A stretch of DNA of 64,000 nt from Podarcis muralis (Eukaryota). The first letter of the stretch is position 1. Every line of letters begins with the position of its first letter. Both the position numbers and the translations under genes were made by a program. The DNA lies in contig NC_135667.1 in assembly GCF_964188315.1 (NCBI RefSeq), forward strand, positions 25,606,001-25,670,000. The letters run 5' to 3'. A model generated the notes under the pieces. It was not told where the DNA came from. It saw only the letters and a list, made by a program, of their open reading frames with translations, and made no database searches. Below, in pieces: positions 1-9,803 of this stretch.

Positions 1-776
1 AGATCGCTTCTCCCGGTGCTCTGAAGCGGGGTGGGGGGGCGGGAACACCTGCCCCAGCCGCCGGGCTTCGTAGCGCTGCTGCGAAGCCGGGGTGGGGGGG
101 CGGGAACACCTGCCCCAGCCACCCCGCTTCGGAACGCTGCTCCGAAGCGGGGTGGGGGGCGGGAACACCTGCCCCAGCCGCCGGGCTTCGTAGCGCTGCT
201 GCGAAGCCGGGCGGGGGGCGGGAACACCTGCCCCAGCCACCCCGCTTCGGAACGCTGCTCCGAAGCGGGGTGGGGGGGCGGGAACACCTGCCCCAGCCGC
301 CGGGCTTCGTAGCGCTGCTGCGAAGCCGGGCGGGGGGCGGGAACACCTGCCCCAGCCACCCCGCTTCGGAATGCTGCTTCCGAAGCGGGGTGGGGGGGCG
401 GGAACACCTTCTGAAGGCGGGCGGGGGGCGAAAGTCTTTGTCCCCCCTGCCTGCCTTCCCAGGGGCTTTTAAATCGCCCCGGACAGCGGAGAAGTCCTCC
501 GCTGTCCCGGGGCGATTTTAAAATGCCGCCCGCCAGCATTTTAAGATCGCCCGGACAGCGGAGAAGTCCTCCGCTGTCCCGGGGTTTTTTAAAATGCTGG
601 GGGTGGGAAGAAAAGCCCTTGTCCCCCCCCCCCAGCCTTCAGAAGGCGGTTTCCCTAGGAACGCATTAATTGATTTTCAATGCATTCCTATGGGAAACCG
701 TGCATCGCAAGACGAAAAAACCGCAAGACGAAGAGACTTGCGGAACGAATTAATTTCGTCTTGCGAGGCACCACTG
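1..776. mobile_element. Non-autonomous Tc1/mariner-superfamily (Tigger/pogo-like) MITE; right part only, left end outside the window
   Basis: Ends ...gaacgaattaatttcgtcttgcgaggcaccactg followed by TA (777-778). The reverse-complement TIR cagtggtgcctcgc...ttaattcgttcc resembles the TIRs of the MITEs at 7041, 7844, 16871 and 35392. Interior is GC-rich with tandem hairpins. Confidence 0.8.
28..410. repeat. ~60 bp GC-rich tandem minisatellite with two alternating hairpin variants, inside the MITE
   Basis: gggaacacctgccccagcc recurs at about 41, 102, 161, 220, 280 and 340 (partial at ~400). Units alternate ggcttcgtagcgctgctgcgaagcc and ccccgcttcggaacgctgctccgaagcgggg. Confidence 0.9.
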
Positions 777-1397
777 TATTACAAAAGCTGCCATCTCAAT
801 GTCATAGGTATTGCTACAGGAAAGAACTATCCAGGAATCAATGTTGCAATAGAAGTGATTGATTACACTGGGCCCACAGAAAGACAATCTTGTGATTAGA
901 AAGGCCGGTATAAAAATAATGAGGAAACCACATAGCCAGGAGCCAGCTGCCAGCTTCCTGGAGAGCTGGTTGTCCATGATGGTGCTATAGTGCAGGGGAT
1001 CACATATGGCCAAATATCGGTCATACGCCATGACAGACAGCAGGAAGTATTTTGTGCATCCAAAGGCAAACACAAAGTACATCTGAAGGATGCAGCCAGT
1101 GAAAGAGATGCTTCTGCTCCTCCCCAGAAAGATGGCAAGAGTCTTAGGGATAGAAGCTGTTGTGTACCATATTTCTAGGAAGGAGAGATTACATAGGAAG
1201 AAATACATGGGAGTATGGAGACGACGATTTGCTATTACCAGAATGATGATGGCCACATTTCCCAACAGTGACATCACATACATGATAAGAAAGAGCATGA
1301 AGATGGACATCTGTAAATACTGAGATCCCGGGAAGCCAAGAAGGATGAATTCCATCACTTTTGTTCCATTTTGCGATCCTTCATTTGTATTTCCCAT
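777..1397 (-). pseudogene. OR6F1-like: Olfactory receptor, OR6F1-like, disrupted in TM5 by the MITE; 3' remainder outside the window
   Basis: OR motifs EFILLGFPGSQ, LHTPMYFFLCNLS and MAYDRYLAIC. The frame runs AAFVI straight into the TIR (QWCLARRN*) at a TA. Close paralog at 27693-28628. TKYFLL replaces the TEYFLL seen in the paralog. Confidence 0.9.
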
Positions 1398-2416
1398 CAA
1401 TCTTCTTTTAACTGCTCAAACAAATAGCCAAATTAACAGATTCATTATCCACCAGGAAATGATACAATATTGGATATATATATCTCCAACGTGAACCTGC
1501 CCATGCACCTTTCCCATCAACCTGTTATCTGTCAGGACTTTCCCCCCAAATACTCTGACTAGGGCTTTTTTAAAGCTGGAACTTGCCCGAACTGAGTTCC
1601 GCAACAAAGAAAACAGAGGATAGTGATATAATAGCAAGATGCAAAGTCACACAGAAATATATCACCAAAGGCAACTACTTCACAATGAGGAATATAAACA
1701 AGCAAACAAATAAATTCCAAAAGTAGTCTTTTTCTTTACAATCACTCATGTATTTGATAGAAGCAACATCAACTCCATTTGCAAATAGAACGCTGCAGGG
1801 CCTCTTTCTGTTCTTCCCTTGGGAGATATGTATATAGAGACAGATATGCCCATTTCTCTAAACTGTTGATTGTATACTGCAATGTCTTCATGGTACAGCT
1901 CCATGATTAAGCCCCTCTGTGGGAAGAAATGTTGATTGTACCAGAACAGCATCCAGGAGCTGAGTTTCGGATGTATATATGAATATATTATTATTTCATG
2001 GGGTCAATCAGTTAATGTACTATATACATAATAGTATTAAGATCATCATAGCCATTTGAAGAGAATGAGGGAGGCATTCATAGTGAATTCCAGCACCTCT
2101 TTTTCTAGAACAATATCACTGACTCTCACTATCTTGTAAGGTGAAAAGATCCTTCTTCATTGTGGCTATCTGCTAAAAAAATACTTTCCAAATGGAGGCT
2201 CACCCAGTACCCTCACTGATTTATTTATTACTTGCTTAGACTTCTGTTTAGACCTCACTTTATCTACCTTTTTCTATTGATATCATCAAACAGACCACTA
2301 TTGTGTGTGTTCCCTAAGTGGGTTATCACTATAGACAAGGTTTTGTTCCATGTTACTATATCGTGAGCCTAAACCTTTAGTGGGACAACAAGAATAGCCT
2401 TCCCATTGGACCTTAG

Positions 2417-2650
2417 TCATTGGAAGGCTGAAACAGGGGGAAAGTACTCTTGAGGTGTTTGGTTGCTTAGGACACTAGTGGCTGCTTGCTCTACCAGTTG
2501 CATCTTCTGGACTATCTTCAAGGGCAGTCCCATATGGAGTGAGTCACAATACTCTGCTTGGGAGGTTACTGCGGCAGGGATTATTGATCCTAGGTTATTC
2601 CAATCTAGGAATGGTGATAGCCAGCAAACCAGCTGCACCTGCCAATAGGC
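2417..2650 (-). mobile_element. Degenerate L2 LINE ORF2 fragment
   Basis: Translation AAVTSQAEYCDSLHMGLPLKIVQKMQLVEQAATSVL aligns with [36 protein letters not shown] of the L2 at 48525. Confidence 0.7.
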
Positions 2651-3302
2651 ATGCCAAACCACTGAAGTATTGAGCTGCATGGAGTAAATCAGGCTACGTG
2701 CCTTCTCCTTCCAATTGATAGATTAAATAAAGTTAAATTAGAATTTGATTTTTTAAAAGCCTCTGTCAACAATGATTTCAACATTAGGCATATGCCTCTA
2801 AAAAGAAGGAAAGAATATCATTTTTCATTCTCTTTATGAGGTACATCATCACATATATGATGTTGTCCACAAAGTAAAACAATAAAACAAAGTATAGAAC
2901 AATAAATAAAACCTATAAGCTTTAAAACACAAAGTATCATGAAAGTGAGATCACTGCCCATCCAAACACACAAACAAACACACTACAAAACACTACACAC
3001 AGCACACAACCAAAATGTGTACAATAAAACCACCAACCATGCCACAGGAACTTAAAAACAAAATCTTAAAAGGTCTTGAAAAATAAAGAAAACATGTGGA
3101 TGATATTCTACAATAAAAAATTTCCCATTGTTTAAATTACTATAAAGTAGTATTGGAGGGAGGGCAAAATGTGTTCCTGCCATAATATGATGAAGCTGAA
3201 CACTTATACAGTATATACAAACTGACTTTCATAACGTACTCTTTACTTATCCATCACAAAATTATATGTTCAATTTCACTAATTTATTTTTAATGCAGTA
3301 GT

Positions 3303-3303
<1 letters not shown>

Positions 3304-3331
<28 letters not shown>
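3304..3331. repeat. (CA)n microsatellite
   Basis: Perfect CA run. Confidence 0.95.
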
Positions 3332-3333
<2 letters not shown>

Positions 3334-5738
3334 CTTGAGATTACAATGGAGGGGTTTATGCCATTCACATTCACATCACTTCTAGCTCACATTACTTCTA
3401 ATCAAATACTTTGTCTTTCTAAATGGAGAAGGGGCCCCATTTGCTGTCTCGTACAGATCCACATCCTTTGTTCCCTTTCATGGCCCATTGCCTTATCAGG
3501 AAGCTGGAACTGCTTCAGGAGAATACATAAAGTTGAATTCTCTCAAAGTTTATATTCTGAAACACACTGGAAAATAGAGCCACTTACCAACTATCTACTG
3601 CTCTCTTTGTATCAATTTACTTACAATATATACTATTCTTCCACTGTTACTATTTTCAACGACTAATTGGCTGTCTTATTCTTTCTACTCACCCAGTTAA
3701 AAATTCAGGTAAGGATGTTGTCCTGCACAGCTGTTTGTAACTGAAATTCATGTAGTTGAATAAGAAATATTTATCTTATTAAAAGCCACGGCTCCTTTCA
3801 GATTTCACCTCAGCTTTGAAAATATACCCCTATCAAATCTTAAACACCTATGGAGGAAAAAGAAATCCCTTAGATAACTTAAGCTGTGCTGCGTTCCCAC
3901 AGATCCTTCAACATAGAGAGTCTAGGAATACACAAAGGGATTTGAAGGACAGACCAAGTATCTAGGAGCAATTCTGAGCAATCTGTCACTTAAGGTATAA
4001 TTCAGTCCCATTGAAGTGGACATTTTAATACATCTTGAACATCCAATTTGTTTGAATTGCATATAATTCCCTGGTGCACTATTAAAAATCCTTGCAGAGG
4101 GAAAACACTATTGGTACAGGAGCAAACGTGAACAAATTGTAACCACTAGGGAAGAAGTTTTCAACCTTTTTGAATCCAAGGCTACCTTGACCAACTACAT
4201 TCTTTCTGTGGCACCTCCCTTAAGCGGGTGACCAGGCTGGAACACAACGACTCTCCTTCCTGCCAAAAACGAATGAATAAAATACCAGATTAACTTAATT
4301 AACAGTACAGCAGACCAACTAATGCCCATGACCCAGCTATTCAATAAGTAGTAGGTGAAAAAACCAACCCACCGAGAGGTGGATGTGCCAAAGATTCCTA
4401 CATGGCCCTGAAGCAACGAATAAGTCACACTGAGAGATGGGGGGAGGGCGGTGCTGCTAGGAAAAGAAGCGGGAAGGAGGCATCCCCCAGCCCTTAAAAG
4501 GACGACCCACCACCACCTCACCCACAAGTGTGATTGATGCAGAAGGAGCAGATATGCTATCTCCCTAAGTCTGAGCAGGCTGAGGATACACCCCACTGGC
4601 CAGCACTGAGGCAGAATGGGCAGCTGACTGGGTCTTCCTTCACCTTGATTACCATTCATTCAGTAGGGATACCTGAAGATGGGAATCCTAAGTATGGAGT
4701 TCTCCACATTTATATACTTCCACACAAGCAGCAATTTTATTTATTACAAGGAAAAGAAAAACAGAACTAAATGCACAACCTGACTAGCCAGTTACAAATT
4801 AATTGTATGTAGGCAGAGCCCAGTCATTGTTACATTCAAATATTCTATTCTAAAGAAATCTTAATTCTCCTAGAGATATGCAAATGTAGTGGATGTATCT
4901 AGCATTAAAAATCTACAGATACTGAGAGTGCTGAGGAAAGAGTTGGAGCAAATGTGTGTTGCTAATTTGCCATTGTAAGAAACTATAATTTAAATATCTT
5001 TTGGGGGCCTCACTTATTCCTGTATGATAAATGAAGGGGCTTGCATAGGTGCAAAAGTGTTCCTTACACCTTACTCTGTCATGCTTTCTGAGATAAGATT
5101 GAGTTGAAAAGGGAAAGACACTACTGTTTGTGGGGAGACAAGTCAAGTTCTTATCTCTGTAGTTCTGAGAACAGGCTTTTCTTATGTTCTTATTTATGGC
5201 TCCCAAATCATAAATTTACCCCCAAATTAGCTCCATTGTTTGAAGTTGAGTTCCTCCTTAAGGGAGTTGATAACCTTCATATTTGCCAGGGCAATCTGGT
5301 TAAGTGTTTCACCTTTTCTGCAACTGTTAGGTAGAGGATGCCAGTTGTTCTCTTATGTCCTGGACAAGATAGAAAATGTACTAGGTTTATAGGGCAATTT
5401 CAATATTAAACCATGCGAGCCTGCACTGAGGATCTGCTCCATAGAAACAAACCACATAAAAAGTCAAAATAAGCACCAATCTTTTTGACAGATTGAATAC
5501 ATTAAAATTTCATAGTTAGGGGTTTGAAACCATTGTGGCATTCACCATATTGTATATGTATTATTTTTAATGTATTTCACCACATGTTTACACAGAATTT
5601 ATTACAGAGGGCAAAAGCTCAAAGGGCCATTTTTTCTTCCCAAGTGGCTACAGATGGTTGGATGTTTACTTAATTACTTAAGTTTAAGTAATTAACTTAT
5701 TTTTTTACTGATCCAACCCAAGAAGTGGGCAAAATATC

Positions 5739-5798
<60 letters not shown>

Positions 5799-5830
5799 TT
5801 TATACCCCACCCATCTGGCTGGGTTTCCCC
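5739..5830 (-). mobile_element. L2 3' tip with (TAT)n tail
   Basis: (ATA)n followed by tttataccccacccatctggctgggtttcccc, the reverse complement of the L2 end seen at ~49880-49944. Confidence 0.75.
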
Positions 5831-7040
5831 AATATCAAATATTGATTATACCCTCCCTTGTTTTTCAGTAACTTAGGCTTTGAGCTGACTCATAATTAAA
5901 TATTCCCAAGTGTATATATACTGGTGATTCAAAGTAGTCCCTATTGTTGCTGCAATCAAGTCAATACAGCACTGCCAAATATAATTTGCTTTTAATTGGT
6001 GATGCATGCACCTCATTTATTGGTTTGCCAGGATGTCACATCACTGCTCCCATTTCCTCCACATAAAATACTGAGCGAACTGCTTTTCCCGCTTCTTACA
6101 TCAAAACAGGTTTTCGGTTATATTCTAAAGACTATATTCTAAGTATCAGGAAGAGAAAGAAATAAGATACTCTGTGATAATTGTCAAGACGGAGATTCAA
6201 GATGCATTTTGGAGGCAATATTTTGAAAGGTAAAATAAAATTTATTCTTCCTTCCTTCCCTGAAAGCACATTTAAACAGCAACTCTGAATTGCATCCAGA
6301 CCTAAGCTTAAAGTAGACCTACTGAAATCTAACTTATGTCCCCATTCCTTCAATGGATTTACTCAAAGTATTGATCTGATATGTAGAGATCTGAAGGGTT
6401 CTGGAAGCTTCTCTGTGTGAAAGAAACAAGCAGAAGGTTCAAGATGTTTGGGTTATTCCTTTAGAGAAGCTGAGTACAGCTGGCTTAAACTGATTCTGTT
6501 ATCTCATGCCGACTATAAAAATAGGCCAGAAGAAGCCTGGGTTTCACTTTCTCTTTCTATCGCTTTTCATTCTGGTGTGGTGTTCTGTACATAGTATGCT
6601 TAGTATTAAAGTTTACACTTGTAAGTTATTGTAAGTTTAAGTTAAGTCTGCTGCAACTGGATTTCTTATGGGCAGTGCCAATTCTGAATGTATTGGATTT
6701 GTGAACATTGTGCTCATTTACCTTCAGTAGCAGTAAAGCTCTGCTGGATGAAATATTAATTAATTAATTAATCTGGTCTATTTTTGGTGGAATCCTGCAA
6801 CGTGTTTAAGTTTTTACTCTGCTAACTATACATTGGAATATATTCTAGATCAATATTGAGTAGAATTAATGACAATTTAGCCATCCAGATGTTTGCTAGA
6901 ATGCAACTCTGATCATCCCTGATTTCTGGCCATGCTGGCTGGGTTAATGTGAGTTGGAGTCCAGAAATCTATGCAGAACTACAGGTTCCCCATATTTCCA
7001 TCACAGGGTCCAGTTCCTCTTTGAATGAGGGAGCATGGTA

Positions 7041-7282
7041 CAGTGGTACCTCTGGTTACGTACTTAATTCGTTCCGGAGGTGCGTTCTTAACCTGAAACT
7101 GTTCTTAACCTGAAGCACCACTTTAGCTAATGGGCCCTCCTGCTGCTGCCGCGCCGCCGGAGCACGATTTCTGTTCTCATCCTGAAGCGAAGTTCTTAAC
7201 CCGAGGTACTATTTCTGGGTTAGCGGAGTCTGTAACCTGAAGTGTATGTAACCTGAAGCGTATGTAACCCGAGGTACCACTG
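7041..7282. mobile_element. 242 bp Tigger-like MITE
   Basis: TA|cagtggtacctc ... gaggtaccactg|TA terminal inverted repeats with TA target duplication. Confidence 0.9.
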
Positions 7283-7843
7283 TATTATAATGTTTCGCAA
7301 ATTATTTTAACAATTTATTCCTATCTTTCTTGTAAAAATTGTGGGAAAAGAGATGAGGGGTAGCCAATTAGTGGCCTCCAGATGTTGGACAACAACTTCC
7401 ATTGGCCCTTGCCAGTATGGCCAGTCCAACATAGGGTTGACACCACATTGGCTTCCCCTTCTCTACATGGCCAGACAAAATTTTGTGAAATTTACCATTG
7501 AATCCTATCTGTGCCTTTGCAGCTGATTGTCATAGAAATTATGATAGATTTTTGTGACTATGTTGTGCTCAGCATAAAATAAAAGGGCACATGGTGAGCC
7601 AACATATGTTTCTCAGGAGCAATCACTGACACAGCTGCATTTAAGAATGTAGAGCAGTAGAACAAAATGAAGCTGAGCAGGCAGAACAGTTGAGACTATA
7701 TGTAGAAAATAGCATAAAGCTACTTATTTCTTTCAGATTGTTTTGAGGAAGATGGAATCACATGAGACTTTAGATTGTAGCCAGTGCTGGTCATACTTCA
7801 ACTACACTCCTTTAAATTAATAGACATGACAAATTTAGATCTA

Positions 7844-8085
7844 CAGTGGTACCTCGGGTTACATATGCTTCAGGTTACATACACGTCAGGTTACAGACTC
7901 CGCTAACCCAGAAATAGTGCTTCAGGTTAAGAACTTTGCTTCAGGATGAGAACAGAAATCGTGCTCCGGCGGCCCGGCAGCAGCAAGAGGCTCCATTAGC
8001 TAAAGTGGTGCTTCAGGTTAAGAACAGTTTCAGGTTAAGAACGGACGTCCAGAACGAATTAAGTACTTAACCTGAGGTACCACTG
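7844..8085. mobile_element. 242 bp Tigger-like MITE, inverted relative to the copy at 7041
   Basis: Same TIRs and TA flanks; interior is the reverse complement of 7041-7282. Confidence 0.9.
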
Positions 8086-8149
8086 TATATCAGTGAGTCC
8101 ACTCTGTAGAATTTAATTGGCTAAAACTCTGTGTGAACCAAATGACAGA

Positions 8150-8345
8150 CCTTGAAAAAATTCCTGCTGAAGCTCATCTAGTCTGATTCCCCTGATTCTC
8201 CTTTCTGACACACCTAGAAGGCTGCTTATATTATGCCAAAAAGCATCATTAGTGATTGGGGATTCAATACATAGTTCAGAGGTGACAGCCCTAGACACTT
8301 GCTTCACACCATGGATGTTCCTTCAGCTCTGGTCACCATGAAAAT
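8150..8345 (+). mobile_element. Possible highly decayed L2 endonuclease-region fragment
   Basis: ttagtgattggggattcaatacat resembles a frameshifted LVxGDFNIH endonuclease motif. Weak. Confidence 0.3.
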
Positions 8346-8632
8346 GAATGAGTGTCATACACTCATAAGAGATAATTAAAGCATTGCATTTGGAGGTAGC
8401 CCAGTATGGGGTGGAAGTTGTGAGTTTCCTATGTGTGTATTTATGTGCATGGCTGATGTAGTCTGGCACCTAGCAAGGAGTTTTCCCATGGCTGCATGTG
8501 ATCGTACAATCTAAGGGATTTGCTAAGACACTATATGATTTATAGCAAATCAAATTATTCAAATTATGCTGAACTAATTTCTTGTTCTGTTGGTCTTCCT
8601 TTCCTCCATACCCCGTGTGTTTCTCTTTCCAG

Positions 8633-9582
8633 ATGGAAATGGAAGCCCTAATCATACACTGATCACAGAATTCATTCTGCTGGGACTAGGAAACCTTCAT
8701 GAGCTAAGGATCCCTATGTTTGTGGTATTCCTTGCAGTCTATATAGTAATATTAACAGGGAATATAATTATCATGGCAGTTGTGTTGACTGACCACAGCC
8801 TTCATACAGCTATGTACTTCTTCCTAGGAAACCTCTCTTTCTTAGAAATATGGTACACCACCAGTGTGGTTCCAAAGATGCTGAAAACATTACTGACTGC
8901 CCATGAGGCCATTTCCTTCTCAGCTTGTCTCCTCCAGTTTTACACCTTTGGCTCTTTGGCAGTTACTGAGTGTTTTCTTCTAGCAGCAATGTCCTATGAT
9001 CGCTATGTAGCCATATGCCAACCACTGCATTATGGAAACTTAATGAGCTTCAGAGTGTGCATTCAGCTAGCAATAGGGTCGTGGATTGGTGGGTTTCTGA
9101 CCCCAGTGCTCACCATAATAATGGTTTCTATGTTGCCTTTCTGTGCTTCTAATGAGATCAATCATTTTTTCTGTGATTTGGCCCCTGTCATCAAACTTGC
9201 CTGTGGAGACACACAAAAAGTGAGGCTCCCCTCTTTTCTTATCTCCATCCTTGTAACCTTCTCTCCTTTCCTTCTCACTATTATATCATACTATAAAATC
9301 GTCTCCACCATCCTCAAGATCCCATCTGCCAAAAGCAAACAGAAAGCCTTTTCCACCTGCTCCTCACATCTCATTGTGGTTACAGTGTTCTATGGGACAC
9401 TGATGGTGGTGTATGGTGTACCTACAACAACTTGGTATCCCAACTTAAGCAAAGTCTTTTCTATGCTCTATACAGTGGGGACACCAATGGTTAATCCTAT
9501 TATATACAGTCTGAGGAACAAGGATGTCCAGAATGCATTGAGGAAGCTTTTGACTAGAAAGCCTATATTGCCACTTGAGTGA
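8633..9582 (+). CDS. Olfactory receptor (family 11-like) with an anomalous start; either a 1-bp frameshift just after the ATG or an upstream coding exon
   Basis: Complete 7TM OR frame (NHT sequon, LHTAMYFFLGNLS, MSYDRYVAIC, HFFCD, KAFSTCSSH, NPIIYSLRN). The ATG at 8633, directly after an acceptor-like tttccag, is out of frame. The ORF-track start is a TTG. Confidence 0.8.
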
Positions 9583-9733
9583 AGAGAATGTTGCCATACC
9601 ATGTGAATGTGGAGAAGCACAGATCACTGTAAATTTGTATTTAAAAATTATTGTTTCCATATCTGATATTGGGGTTTTTTTTATAAAAAATGTACAGATT
9701 CTTCTGAAACATACTTATGTGCATATGTACCAC

Positions 9734-9736
<3 letters not shown>

Positions 9737-9801
<65 letters not shown>

Positions 9802-9803
9802 AC
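9737..9803. repeat. Compound (CA)n(GA)n microsatellite
   Basis: Direct reading. Confidence 0.95.

Noticed and set aside
28-410. CRISPR-like array of palindromic repeats
   Set aside because: Units are contiguous with no unique spacers, there are no cas genes, and the array lies inside a TA-flanked MITE in vertebrate DNA.
31-899. ORFs of 93, 83 and 101 aa at the window start
   Set aside because: They are translations of the GC-rich tandem repeat and MITE, with no protein-like features.
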